Source: Chloroflexota bacterium (lineage in GTDB: Bacteria > Chloroflexota > UBA11872 > VXOZ01). Taken from it: a stretch of 64,000 nucleotides of DNA. The stretch covers positions 2,496,001 to 2,560,000 of the forward strand of contig OZ244922.1 of NCBI GenBank assembly GCA_965221905.1. The letters are read 5' to 3'. Positions 17,078-26,981 of this stretch are shown here, piece after piece. The notes under the pieces are model-generated. The model did not search any database, was not told the DNA's origin, and worked only from the letters and a program-made list of their open reading frames with translations. The position numbers and the translations under genes were made by a program. Positions within the stretch are counted from its first letter, which is position 1; each line of letters begins with the position of its first letter.

Positions 17078-17791
17078 ATGACGCCACTGTTCACTGCCCT
17101 TGTTGCTTTCGGCGCCGGCATTGCCTCTTTCCTCTCGCCGTGCGTGCTGCCGCTTGTACCCGCCTACATAGGGCACTTGGCAGGCACGAGCGTATCTGAA
17201 AAGCAAGATGCTCAGGCGACAATGCGCACCGTCGCCCACGCGGCCTTCTTCGTGCTCGGCTTCTCTACCATCTTCGTCTTGCTTTGGACTTTGATCGGCT
17301 TGGTGGGCTGGGCAATTCAGGGGTACACCTATTACTTGCGGTACGTCGGCGGGGTGATTCTGGTTGTCTTTGGACTGCACGTTGCCGGGGTGTTTCGCTT
17401 GCGCTGGCTCAATCAGGAGCGCCGCGTCTACGTAAATCGCAGCCGCCCGCGCAGTTTACTCACCTCCTGGCTCGTCGGCCTCACCTTTGCCGCAGGGTGG
17501 ACACCCTGCATTGGCCCCATCCTCGCCGGCATCATTGCCCTGGCGACAACCAGAGACACCGTCGGCCAGGGCTCGCTGCTGCTGGCGCTCTACTCCGCCG
17601 GACTTGGCATACCCTTCTTGCTCACCGCAATCGGACTCTCGCGCGCTGTACCGGTACTGCGCTGGATGAATCGCCACGGTCACACCGTAGAGTTAGTCAG
17701 CGGCAGCTTTCTGATTGTCGTCGGTGTCATGCTATTTACGAATACGTTCGCGCAACTCGCACGCTATTTCACTTGGGTACCGATTTTCTAA
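17078..17791 (+). CDS. ccdA: Cytochrome c biogenesis protein CcdA (DsbD transmembrane family)
   Basis: SFLSPCVLPLVPAY and FAAGWTPCIGPIL motifs; multiple TM helices. Confidence 0.92.
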   Translation: MTPLFTALVAFGAGIASFLSPCVLPLVPAYIGHLAGTSVSEKQDAQATMRTVAHAAFFVLGFSTIFVLLWTLIGLVGWAIQGYTYYLRYVGGVILVVFGLHVAGVFRLRWLNQERRVYVNRSRPRSLLTSWLVGLTFAAGWTPCIGPILAGIIALATTRDTVGQGSLLLALYSAGLGIPFLLTAIGLSRAVPVLRWMNRHGHTVELVSGSFLIVVGVMLFTNTFAQLARYFTWVPIF

Positions 17792-17820
17792 TGAAAATTG
17801 GACAGTGACCGCTCAGTCCG

Positions 17821-17843
17821 GTAGCGCAGGTTTGAAACCTGCG
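17821..17843 (+). repeat. GTAG-tagged REP-like palindrome, copy 2
   Basis: GTAG-CGCAGGTTT-G-AAACCTGCG; one mismatch to 1235-1257. Confidence 0.75.
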
Positions 17844-17888
17844 TTCTCAGATTCAGTCCAGTCGCAGAAGATGCCTTTCCCTCCAAAA

Positions 17889-17923
17889 CAAGAAAACGCG
17901 GGGCTCGACACCCCGCGTTCTTT
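17889..17923. terminator. Bidirectional terminator between ccdA and the molybdoenzyme gene
   Basis: AAGAAAACGCGGGG-loop-CCCCGCGTTCTTT. Confidence 0.7.
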
Positions 17924-17954
17924 CACGCATCCTATTGCTTCTCACGCGCCTGCT

Positions 17955-20738
17955 CTAAGGTATCCGATATACCTCCGCGGCCGGTTTCACCGGACGTGGG
18001 ATCCACAGCGGTCGGCGCAGCGCATTCGTACCCTCTGCCGGCCGCGTCTTCTTAATCCACTCGAGATAGACTTGGTGGGACTTATTCGTATCCACAAACA
18101 CATCGCCGTACTGGTCGTCGGCGCCTGCCGTTTCCACGCACACCTTTTGGTGCCAGCAGTGCATGCCGCTCACCGGATCCGGGTGGACTGGAAACGTAAG
18201 GTTCTGATGCACACCGGCATCCTTCCACCAGACGCGTTCAGAATCCGGATCGGTGCTCTTGAACGGCTCCACGCCCTGAAGTTGGCGCATAAACCACTGT
18301 CCGTCGCCGATGTTCTTCAGGTCCACAAGAGCCGTCGACCAGCGCTCGCCGCCGCTCTCCTTTGAGAGTCGCCAGCGTCCGAGATGATGCGAGCACGCCA
18401 CTATTCCGGGGCGGATACCTTCAGTGACCCACACTCGGATAACGAAGTACCCCACTTCAGTATTCACCTTTGCGAGGTCCCCGGTCTCAAAGCCAAGCCG
18501 CTCGGCGTCCTGCGGGTGCACCCATAGCGGGTTAGTATGCGAAATCTCATACAACCACTTGGCGTTGCCGGCCCGCGTGTGAATGAGCGTGGGCAGGCGG
18601 AACGTCGGCAGCAGGACGTATTCACCCTTGCCGTGGTCGATGTTCCCCCGATTTACGTGACTCTTGATGTAGGTCGGCACGGCGAATTCCGCCCACTTGA
18701 ACTCCCGCATCGTATCGGAGAAGAATTCAAGCTTCTTGGAAGGGGTGGCAAAGCCTTCAACTGCCTTGCCGTCGACTTCCACGCCGATTACTTCACCGTT
18801 CTTACGCACGTGATGTGTTACCGGGTCAACCTCAGCACCGTTAAGCTGCTCAGCGGATAAAGGATTCTCGTGCAACGCGTAGGTATCGCGCTTTACTTCG
18901 AACGCGCCGTACTTGCGCATAAACGCCAGCGGCGTGAGGTCTTCTTTCGACGCAGCTTCGGGCAGGCCGGGCACGCTATTCTCGAAAATCCACTGGTAGT
19001 ATTCGCTAATGGTAAGTTTCTCGCCGGGGCGGTAGGGCGATTCGAAGAATTCGCGCACACCCAAGCTGCCGTCCGGATCAATGCGCCAGGAAAGCTCGAT
19101 CCAAAACTCGTCCTCTTCCCATACCTCGCCAGGGTTTGCCTCGTACGTAAACTCTACGGCATCGCCGAGTTTCTCACGCGCAACCCGCAGCACCGGTTGG
19201 CGGAACGCGATCCAGGCGCCAGCCTGGGTCTCTTGGCTCATGAGATCGTGGCGCTCGGCGGCGTTGCCCATTGGCAACACGTAGTCCGCGAACCACGCCG
19301 TCTCGCTCCAAACCGGCGTGAGCGCGGCGTGCATCCCTATCTTCTCTTCGTCGCTGAGCATCTCAATCCACGAGGCCCCATCCGGATTCGTCCAGACCGG
19401 GTTGTAGACCCTCGTGAAATACGTATCCACCTTACCGCGTCCCTCTTTGAGAAAGTGCGGCAGCAGAATACTCATTTCGTGGTGTGCCAGCGGGTATTCC
19501 TTCGGCCACAGGAGTTCGCTCCACACCTTTTGCGGCGGCGGCTTGATATACGGTGCGGGCGCAAACTTATTCCAACTGTTAGGGGACGTGCCGCCGCGCG
19601 TGCCGATGCTTCCGGTCAGCACGCCGAGAAATGTTAGGCAGCGGGAGACCTGCCAGCCACCTTCGTTGCCGGAGGCCGCGCTGCGCCAGACATGGCTGGC
19701 AAAGGCTGTGCCCGCTGCGGCGATCTCGCGCGCCACCGCGACCATCTGGCTGGCGTCTACGCCACTCTCCTGCTCGGCAAATTCCGCTGTGTACGGGGCA
19801 TAGAATTCTTTGATGGCAGCGATAAAGTTTTCGAACGTTGCATCTACGTCAGGATGCTCAGTGCGCATGTACTCGTGCCAATTCAGCCACTTCTCCATGA
19901 AGTCGCTGTTGTAAAGGTCTTCCTTCAAGATGACGTTCGCCATGGCAAGCAGCATTGCTGCCTCAGAACCCGGCCACGACGAGAGCCAGTAGTCTGCCCG
20001 CGAGGCCGTGTTGGAGAGCCGCGTATCGATAACGCAAATCTTGGCGCCGGAGAGTTTGCCCTCGATGATGCGCTGAGCATGGGGGTTGAAATAGTGGCCG
20101 GTTTCCAGGTGGGCGCTGATCAGCAGCATGAACCGCGAGTTTGCATGGTCGGGCGAGGGTCGGTCGGCGCCTTGCCAAAGCGTGTATCCGAGGCGTGCGC
20201 CGGAGGAGCAAACGTTGGTATGGCTGTTGTGCCCATCCACACCCCATGCCTGGAGCACACGGTCCATATAGCCGTCGTGACCGGGGCGACCGACATGATA
20301 CATCACCTCAGTGCGCCGGTCCTCCTGCAACGCGCGTCGTATGCGCGCAGCCAGCGTATCAAGCACTTCGTCCCAGCTAGTGCGTTCCCACTCACCCGAG
20401 CCGCGAGCTCCGGTGCGTTTCATGGGGTAGAGAATGCGCTCCGGATCGTGCACTTGGTTGATGGTCGCCGGGCCCTTGGCACAATTCCGGCCGCGGCTTC
20501 CGGGATGTGCCGGATTGCCCTCGAACTTGCGGATGCGCATGTCTTCTTTATCGACATATGCCAGCAGTCCGCAAGCAGCCTCGCAGTTGAAGCACACCGT
20601 CGGGACCAACATGTAGTTCTTGGTGACCTTCTTGGGCCAGACGTCGGGATCGTACTCTGTCCAGTCATCCCATTGCTCAACCGGTGGGTAGTTTTTAAGT
20701 TGGCCTGACTCCGGAAACTGCGGATCGAAAACTGACAT
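17955..20738 (-). CDS. Molybdopterin (bis-PGD) oxidoreductase catalytic subunit, DMSO-reductase superfamily (Psr/Phs-like)
   Basis: CFNCEAAC...NCAKG 4Fe-4S motif, HTNVCSS putative Mo ligand, ADYVLP and C-terminal molydop-binding domain; no Tat signal. Confidence 0.88.
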   Translation of the reverse strand: MSVFDPQFPESGQLKNYPPVEQWDDWTEYDPDVWPKKVTKNYMLVPTVCFNCEAACGLLAYVDKEDMRIRKFEGNPAHPGSRGRNCAKGPATINQVHDPERILYPMKRTGARGSGEWERTSWDEVLDTLAARIRRALQEDRRTEVMYHVGRPGHDGYMDRVLQAWGVDGHNSHTNVCSSGARLGYTLWQGADRPSPDHANSRFMLLISAHLETGHYFNPHAQRIIEGKLSGAKICVIDTRLSNTASRADYWLSSWPGSEAAMLLAMANVILKEDLYNSDFMEKWLNWHEYMRTEHPDVDATFENFIAAIKEFYAPYTAEFAEQESGVDASQMVAVAREIAAAGTAFASHVWRSAASGNEGGWQVSRCLTFLGVLTGSIGTRGGTSPNSWNKFAPAPYIKPPPQKVWSELLWPKEYPLAHHEMSILLPHFLKEGRGKVDTYFTRVYNPVWTNPDGASWIEMLSDEEKIGMHAALTPVWSETAWFADYVLPMGNAAERHDLMSQETQAGAWIAFRQPVLRVAREKLGDAVEFTYEANPGEVWEEDEFWIELSWRIDPDGSLGVREFFESPYRPGEKLTISEYYQWIFENSVPGLPEAASKEDLTPLAFMRKYGAFEVKRDTYALHENPLSAEQLNGAEVDPVTHHVRKNGEVIGVEVDGKAVEGFATPSKKLEFFSDTMREFKWAEFAVPTYIKSHVNRGNIDHGKGEYVLLPTFRLPTLIHTRAGNAKWLYEISHTNPLWVHPQDAERLGFETGDLAKVNTEVGYFVIRVWVTEGIRPGIVACSHHLGRWRLSKESGGERWSTALVDLKNIGDGQWFMRQLQGVEPFKSTDPDSERVWWKDAGVHQNLTFPVHPDPVSGMHCWHQKVCVETAGADDQYGDVFVDTNKSHQVYLEWIKKTRPAEGTNALRRPLWIPRPVKPAAEVYRIP

Positions 20739-20757
20739 TGCGCAGTGGCTCCTCTCG

Positions 20758-22308
20758 CTAGCTCAGCGGCAGCGCTTGACCGGCCTTTACCCAAACATCT
20801 TCGAAAGCCAGCAGTCCCGCGAGCGCGCAAACACCGGCCGCAGCGGCCACGAGCTCATACCCGCCAATTGCATTCGCTAAGAGCAGTGCCACCGGCACTA
20901 TGTGCCCTACAAGAACTACACCGACCCAGAAGCGCTGCGAGTATTGACCGCGCAGGATCATTTGAGCGGCCTTGGATGCATCTCTCGTACCATGCGGCAG
21001 CCACAGCTCACCCACCAGGATGACGAAAAGATTGGCGACTAAACTCCAAAGAAGCACAGTATGTAGGAAACCTTCTGTCTGCTCCGTTGTTTCAACCACG
21101 AGCCCCAAAATCGCAAGGGACGCTGCACCCGCCATCGCGGCCTGCACCAGCAGGTGCACGGGCAATGCGGGGCTCAACCAGAGGTCGCGCGCTTTCGATT
21201 GGGCAAAGATAAAGCCCGTATAGATCGCGGCCAGAATAGCCAATACGCCGCCAGGCCACCAAAGCACCTGCATCAGACCGCCAGCACCGGCGAAAGCAGC
21301 AAGAATGCTAAGACCTACGATCACGCCGAAGAACAACAGAATAAACGTACCGATGGCAACCCATGAACGCAATTGTGGGCGAATGAGAATGGTATAGAAG
21401 CGGTCGGGACGCTGGAGGTCCCAAACCAATAAGCCGGCCGTAATCGCCAAGAAGATCAGAGCAATAATGGGGCCTCCCCACGCCAGGAGCGGGTTATCGG
21501 TTACCAGGCCCAACGCAAGACCCGCCGCGGGCAACAGGAATGCGCCAGCAGCAATAGACTTCGTCCAAATGTACGCGCTGACCTTCCAGCCCCAAGGCGA
21601 CGGATGCTCCACGTCGTACACCGTTGTCGCGGACTTGGCTACCAAGTCCTGCAATAGGTTGGTCTCTTCGATGGGGATGGCAGCGCCATTGCCATTAGCA
21701 TTCGGCATTTCATTCCAGATGCCGTAATCCTTGATCGGGGTCGAAGCCGACGGAGTTAGGGTGCTCTGGTCGGCATCGATATAGAAGAGTTTCGGTACCG
21801 TGCCTTTTTCCGGTTTACGCACTTGCACCGGCTCACGGGAAATAAGCTTTGTAATGTAGCTCGTGGGATCGTCCAAGTCTCCCGATACGATCGCCTGGGT
21901 CGGACAAACGACCTGGCACGATGGTTCCAATCCAACTTCCACGCGATGGGCGCAGAAGTTGCACTTTGCGGCAGTATGCGTATTGGGATCGATGTGCAGC
22001 GCATCATACGGACATGCCTGCAGGCACGCCTTACAGCCTATGCACTTCTCAGGGTCAAAATCCACGATGCCGTCGTCGCGCCGCCACAATGCCGTCACCG
22101 GACAAGACGGGATACAGGGAGCATCATCGCAGTGATTGCAGCGGAGTACTGTGAAGTGGCGGCGGTTATCGGGAAACTGGCCTGTCTCGACGTACTTCAC
22201 CCAGGTGCGGTAAACGCCCAACGGCACGTCATGCTCGGACTTGCACGCCACCGTGCACGCATGGCAACCGATGCACTTGCGATTATCAATGAGAAAGCCA
22301 AATCTCAT
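20758..22308 (-). CDS. Fused 4Fe-4S ferredoxin (NrfC/DmsB-like) + NrfD/PsrC membrane anchor
   Basis: CIGCHACTVAC, CNHCDDAPC, CIGCKACLQACP and CNFCAHR motifs followed by a multi-TM NrfD domain (WDLQRPDRF). Confidence 0.9.
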   Translation of the reverse strand: MRFGFLIDNRKCIGCHACTVACKSEHDVPLGVYRTWVKYVETGQFPDNRRHFTVLRCNHCDDAPCIPSCPVTALWRRDDGIVDFDPEKCIGCKACLQACPYDALHIDPNTHTAAKCNFCAHRVEVGLEPSCQVVCPTQAIVSGDLDDPTSYITKLISREPVQVRKPEKGTVPKLFYIDADQSTLTPSASTPIKDYGIWNEMPNANGNGAAIPIEETNLLQDLVAKSATTVYDVEHPSPWGWKVSAYIWTKSIAAGAFLLPAAGLALGLVTDNPLLAWGGPIIALIFLAITAGLLVWDLQRPDRFYTILIRPQLRSWVAIGTFILLFFGVIVGLSILAAFAGAGGLMQVLWWPGGVLAILAAIYTGFIFAQSKARDLWLSPALPVHLLVQAAMAGAASLAILGLVVETTEQTEGFLHTVLLWSLVANLFVILVGELWLPHGTRDASKAAQMILRGQYSQRFWVGVVLVGHIVPVALLLANAIGGYELVAAAAGVCALAGLLAFEDVWVKAGQALPLS

Positions 22309-22404
22309 AGCGGTTCCTGTGCTTGTAAGGGTGTTCTTCTGGTGCCCAATTATACAATAGTGTTCGCCGTGCTTCCACTTTTGACTGCCCGCTCGGAACG
22401 GCCA

Positions 22405-23457
22405 TTAATTCTGCCCATGTTCCCGGATCGCCTTCTCTACAGACGCACACCATGCCAATACCGATTCTATTTCATCATCTGTCAACTTCCGAGTAATCAG
22501 GCACTTCAAGTCTCTCTTGCCAGCAGGCTCAAATAGCCCCGTGCCTTTAGCCTGTTCAAGGAGACATTGGATGACATTTTCAGGCAAAGCATCTTTTGCA
22601 ACGATGCCTCCAGCGCCATGAAATGCTGTGTACAGCATCTGTCCAAACCAGACTTTACGCGAGGAACCGTAGCAAACTGGAATAAACGTCTCGTTCTGTA
22701 AGACACTTAGAGAGAAGCCTTTTTCTGACCATCGAATTTCCAGCGATCCTTGCTCAGCACTTGTGAGCATGTGGGAAAAGAGGTGCTTACCGTTTTGGTC
22801 GCAAGCGGCAAGAAACTCGTCCTTAGTAATCCTCCGCTTAGATCCTGCTGAAGCAGGGACCTTACCGGAGGTCTCTTTGTCAACGACAATACGGTGCGTC
22901 ATCAACCGGTTATCATTCGCACCCTGATAAAAGGTGAACTCTACGCACGTGACGTATAGACCTTTTCTGTTTAGGAAAGCTGCCGTCTGTGTGCTCCCAG
23001 GAGTAAAGTTCTGAGCGACAATCACAATGCGTTGATCCTTATTGAGGTGTACAGGTTCATCTCGACCGAGATCAAAGTGACTGCGGTGGCACTCAGCTAG
23101 AACGAGCGAACTGTACTTTCGGTAGCAGCGAAAGATTTTCTCCAACCGTTGAGTATCAAAACCCGCAACAGACGACACGTATTCCAATGACTGGGCAATC
23201 GCCTCGCGGGTTGCTGTGTCGCGCTTCAATTCCACTACAATCACGTTTCCTTGCCGATCCAAGCACAATAGGTCAATGTACCCGCCCAAGTCTGTAGGCA
23301 CCTGACGCCCAATTACGAGGAGACTGCCTCTCTCCAGAATGGCGTCAGGATTGGATTCTAGCCAGTCTTCTAGCACGATTTCCTCATGTTCGTCCTCAAA
23401 GCGAGTAAGTTCAAACTCGACAAACGTACCCGCCGGCTGTATGTGAAATTCTCTCAC
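22405..23457 (-). CDS. NucS/DUF91-like PD-(D/E)XK endonuclease-domain protein
   Basis: EIVLEDWLESNP, IGRQV and YIDLLCLDRQGNVIVVELKR; AT-richer than flanks. Confidence 0.7.
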   Translation of the reverse strand: MREFHIQPAGTFVEFELTRFEDEHEEIVLEDWLESNPDAILERGSLLVIGRQVPTDLGGYIDLLCLDRQGNVIVVELKRDTATREAIAQSLEYVSSVAGFDTQRLEKIFRCYRKYSSLVLAECHRSHFDLGRDEPVHLNKDQRIVIVAQNFTPGSTQTAAFLNRKGLYVTCVEFTFYQGANDNRLMTHRIVVDKETSGKVPASAGSKRRITKDEFLAACDQNGKHLFSHMLTSAEQGSLEIRWSEKGFSLSVLQNETFIPVCYGSSRKVWFGQMLYTAFHGAGGIVAKDALPENVIQCLLEQAKGTGLFEPAGKRDLKCLITRKLTDDEIESVLAWCASVEKAIREHGQN

Positions 23458-23521
23458 GCAATTCTACCTTCATCACAACAATGCAGATTTCTTGGCATCT
23501 CCAGCGCAATCGTAATGCTTC

Positions 23522-24544
23522 CTAAGAGAACTTGAAGTCGTCCAACTCGTCCCGGGGCGCGCGCTCCAGTAACTCAACCGTCGCTTGGGCCACTGTCATT
23601 CCGCCAAAGAGCACTTCATGTAATGTTTCGGTGATCGGCAATTCTACGTCTAGTTGCCCCGCCAAGCGCACGGCAGCACGCGTGGTCGGTACGCCCTCGG
23701 CCACGTTTTCCATAGACTCGAGAATTGCATCGAGCGACTTGCCCTGCGCTAATTGCTCGCCGACGTGGCGGTTTCGACTCTGCCGGCTGGCGCACGTCGC
23801 CATGAGATCGCCTAGCCCTGCCAATCCGGCGAACGTAAGCGGCTGCGCACCCATTGCCACGCCGAGGCGCGTCATTTCAGCAACGCCCCGTGTCAGCAAC
23901 GCCGCCTTTGCGTTGTCGCCAAGGCGCAAACCATCGCAGATGCCGGCCACAATCGCCATGACATTCTTGAGGGCTCCGCCCAGCTCGACGCCAAGTACGT
24001 CGGTGCTCGTGTAAATGCGAAAGCGCGGGAGCATCAAGAGCGACCGCGCCTGTCGTGTTAGGTCGGCATCGACGCCGGCAAGCACTGCGGCAGCGGGCTG
24101 ACCTCCGGCGATCTCGCGGGCAAGGTTGGGGCCGGAGAGCGCCAGCACGTGGCCGGGTACAAGAGTAGGCAACTCCTCCGCAATTAGCGCAGACATCGTC
24201 TTGCCCGCCTCGATATCAAGACCCTTAGTTGCGGATACCAGCATGTGGTCAACTGAAATGTCCGGCGCGATCCAACGAATATTCCGGCGCATCGCTTCTG
24301 AAGGAACTACCAGCAGGATAAGGGTACTCTCTTTTATCGCCTCCTGCGGATCACTAGTGATGTGGACGCCTGACGGAATGGGAATACCGGGCAAGAAACG
24401 CCTATTTTCACCCCACTGCCGCAACTGCGCGGCTTCGCCGTCGGTGCGCGCGAGCCAGCGGACGGGGCGATTCGCTTTGGCCAACTGCACAGCCAACGTG
24501 GTGCCCCACATGCCGGTGCCGACAATAGTGATCACGTCATTCAT
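23522..24544 (-). CDS. gpsA: NAD(P)H-dependent glycerol-3-phosphate dehydrogenase
   Basis: GTGMWGT, ATKGL, SGPNLARE, GGALKNV and GLGDLMATC...SRN. Confidence 0.95.
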   Translation of the reverse strand: MNDVITIVGTGMWGTTLAVQLAKANRPVRWLARTDGEAAQLRQWGENRRFLPGIPIPSGVHITSDPQEAIKESTLILLVVPSEAMRRNIRWIAPDISVDHMLVSATKGLDIEAGKTMSALIAEELPTLVPGHVLALSGPNLAREIAGGQPAAAVLAGVDADLTRQARSLLMLPRFRIYTSTDVLGVELGGALKNVMAIVAGICDGLRLGDNAKAALLTRGVAEMTRLGVAMGAQPLTFAGLAGLGDLMATCASRQSRNRHVGEQLAQGKSLDAILESMENVAEGVPTTRAAVRLAGQLDVELPITETLHEVLFGGMTVAQATVELLERAPRDELDDFKFS

Positions 24545-24685
24545 TCGCTGATTGGTGCTTGCATGGCTTGTGAAGACACTATATTCTTGTGCGCCTCAGG
24601 AGGATCGCTTTTAAGGTAGCGCAAGAAATCTCAGGCAACCTTGGACACTTTGCTCTTGGGCTTGCACAAAGGATCTCTGCACTCA

Positions 24686-24844
24686 CTAGAACTTGCCTCA
24701 TAAATACATCGCTCGGTGTAGACCTGCCCTTCGACAGGCTCAGGGCGAACGGATATGGCGAGAATCCGTTCGTGCTAAGTGCTGCGCGAAGCCCTTGTCG
24801 AAGCACAAATCGGCTATCGAACCGATTTATGAGATAGCTTCTAG
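24686..24844. mobile_element. MITE-like element with imperfect terminal inverted repeats, CTAG at both ends, carrying a REP pair
   Basis: Left end CTAGAACTTGCCTCATAAAT vs right end ATTTATGAGATAGCTTCTAG (16/20 match as inverted repeat); internal CGTTCG-type repeats at 24726-24752 and 24766-24806. Confidence 0.65.
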
Positions 24845-24910
24845 GGTAGCATGGGAACACCTCCCTGAGGTTACTCGTGCGCTGTTGCCCAACGCCATGC
24901 AGTGGAAGGC

Positions 24911-25867
24911 CTAGTAGCCCGCCTTCTTATCCACCACGTTCAAGAGCTGTTCGCCATCAAGGAATCGTTGGAGATTCTGTTGCAACAAGTCATAGAAGTT
25001 GTCATCGTTGTGCGGCGCGGTCCCCGACGTGTGTTGGGTAACAATCACGTTGGGCATGTCCCATAGCTCAGAATCTGGGGGCAGCGGCTCAGGGTCGGTC
25101 ACATCGAGACCGGCGCCCGCGATCCAGCCTTCCTTCAGTGCCTGCAGCAACGGCGCCGCCTGAATGATCCTGCCGCGACCGATGTTGTAAATATAGGCAG
25201 TGGACTTCATCACTTGGAGCTCCGTAGTCCCAATCATGCCTCTGGTCTCCGGCGTAAGCGGGCAGCACACCGCCACGTGGTCCGACCGCTGCAGGAGGTC
25301 GTGCAAGCCGTCCGGACCGATGAGTTCGTCGAGATACGATGGGGGCTCATTGGTGCGGCGGCGGAGTCCAATAACGCGCATGCCCAAATGGTGAGCCTTC
25401 CGGGCAAGTGCCGCGCCGATGCCGCCTACGCCAACCACACCAAGGGTTTGCCCTTCCAGACAGAAAGGATGAAATACAGGCGGACGCCACACGTGCTCGC
25501 GTTGCGCCGAAAATATCTGCCGAAAGTCCCGCGCAAAAGCCAACATCATGGCCAGCACATGCTCGGAAATCTGCGTCGCGTGTAGACTCTGCGCATTCGT
25601 CACGATCACGTCAGACGCAATCAGTTCCGGCGTCAGCAGCCGATCGACACCGGCGCCCGAATTTTGAATCCACTGCAAATTGCGGGCCTGAGGTAAGTGC
25701 TCCTGACGAAAGCCCCCCACAACAACGTGAGCATTCGGAATCGCCGCTGCGTATGCGGCGTCGTTGCTTGGCACTGCGAACTCAATCTGCGAGAATTTAT
25801 GCCGTAGTTGCTCAACTTGGTCTTCGCGTAAGCTCGAAGCAGACAAGACTACTGTTACTGCTGCCAT
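24911..25867 (-). CDS. D-2-hydroxyacid dehydrogenase family protein
   Basis: GAGVD, GVGGIG, PLTPETRGMI, NIGRG, GAGLDVTDPEPLP and TQHTSG. Confidence 0.9.
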   Translation of the reverse strand: MAAVTVVLSASSLREDQVEQLRHKFSQIEFAVPSNDAAYAAAIPNAHVVVGGFRQEHLPQARNLQWIQNSGAGVDRLLTPELIASDVIVTNAQSLHATQISEHVLAMMLAFARDFRQIFSAQREHVWRPPVFHPFCLEGQTLGVVGVGGIGAALARKAHHLGMRVIGLRRRTNEPPSYLDELIGPDGLHDLLQRSDHVAVCCPLTPETRGMIGTTELQVMKSTAYIYNIGRGRIIQAAPLLQALKEGWIAGAGLDVTDPEPLPPDSELWDMPNVIVTQHTSGTAPHNDDNFYDLLQQNLQRFLDGEQLLNVVDKKAGY

Positions 25868-25940
25868 AGATTGATTTTGATCCCATGCTCTCTGCGTACT
25901 GTGAGGAATGTAAAACCCAACTCATGATAACAGAGGACTC

Positions 25941-26975
25941 ATGATCAGGCTTAGTGACCTTGACTATGATTTGCCGCCGCACTATATCGCACAACACCCG
26001 TGCGAGCCGCGTGATGCCGCCCGCATGCTTGTCTACCAGCGGGGCACCGGAGAGATTCAGCATAGCCGCGTAGCGCGCCTGGCAGAGTTTCTGCAGCCTG
26101 GCGACTTATTGGTTGCCAACGACACGCGTGTAATTCCAGCGCGGCTCTTAGGGAGGCGCGAGTACACCGGCGGCAAGGTGGAGTTACTCTTGCTACGCGC
26201 TCAAGATTCGCTTCATTGGGAATCGTTGGTACGGCCTTCGCAGCGGCTCAAGCCCGGCGCCCGCGTAAACCTTGAAGGCCCGCACGGGGAAAGCCCGGAC
26301 GTGATTGAAATAGGAGAGAGACTCCCAAACGGCCAGAGGCTTGTACAATTTTACGATGATCCAAACGCCGTGCTCGAACGCCACGGCCAACTGCCGCTCC
26401 CGCCGTACATCCGTGTGCCGCTCGCGGACCCGGCACGTTACCAGACGACCTACGCCCGCGTGCATGGTTCTGCGGCCGCGCCTACCGCCGGTCTCCACTT
26501 CACCCCGCAGCTCGTCCGTGAACTTGAAGCCTACGGTGTGCGCTTTGCTTTCATCACGCTCCACATCGGCTTGGACACTTTTCAGCCCATCCGTGAAGCA
26601 GACCCCCTGCAACACCCTATCCATAGCGAGTATGTGGAGGTCCCGGCAGAAACGGCGCGCTTGGTGCAGGAGACTAAGGCGAACGGCAAGAGGGTTATAG
26701 CAGTCGGCACGACCAGCGTGCGCGCGCTAGAAAGCGCCGCCACTGCACGGGGAGAGATTCAGCCCTTCAGCGGCGAGACGCGACTCTACATCTACCCCGG
26801 CTATAGATTCCGCGTGGTAGACGGCATCATGACGAATTTCCACCTGCCTCGCTCAACGCTGCTGCTGCTCGTGGCTGCATTCACGGGATTGAACGAACTG
26901 AAGCGGATATACCGTACCGCGATCGGAGAGGACTATCGCTTCTACAGCTTCGGCGATTCCAGCCTACTGCTATGA
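25941..26975 (+). CDS. queA: S-adenosylmethionine:tRNA ribosyltransferase-isomerase
   Basis: NDTRVIPARL, PLPPYI, YQTTYA, AAPTAGLHFT, TNFHLPRSTL and YRFYSFGD. Confidence 0.97.
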   Translation: MIRLSDLDYDLPPHYIAQHPCEPRDAARMLVYQRGTGEIQHSRVARLAEFLQPGDLLVANDTRVIPARLLGRREYTGGKVELLLLRAQDSLHWESLVRPSQRLKPGARVNLEGPHGESPDVIEIGERLPNGQRLVQFYDDPNAVLERHGQLPLPPYIRVPLADPARYQTTYARVHGSAAAPTAGLHFTPQLVRELEAYGVRFAFITLHIGLDTFQPIREADPLQHPIHSEYVEVPAETARLVQETKANGKRVIAVGTTSVRALESAATARGEIQPFSGETRLYIYPGYRFRVVDGIMTNFHLPRSTLLLLVAAFTGLNELKRIYRTAIGEDYRFYSFGDSSLLL

Positions 26976-26981
26976 ATGCGA

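Noticed and set aside
19692-20708. 338-aa + strand ORF, and similar long antisense ORFs such as 13775-14632, 12014-12856 and 8603-9241
   Set aside because: They fully overlap well-supported genes on the opposite strand and have no recognisable motifs; typical high-GC shadow ORFs.
17955-20738. Selenocysteine formate dehydrogenase
   Set aside because: No in-frame TGA, and the ligand region HTNVCSS lacks the FDH C/U-H motif.
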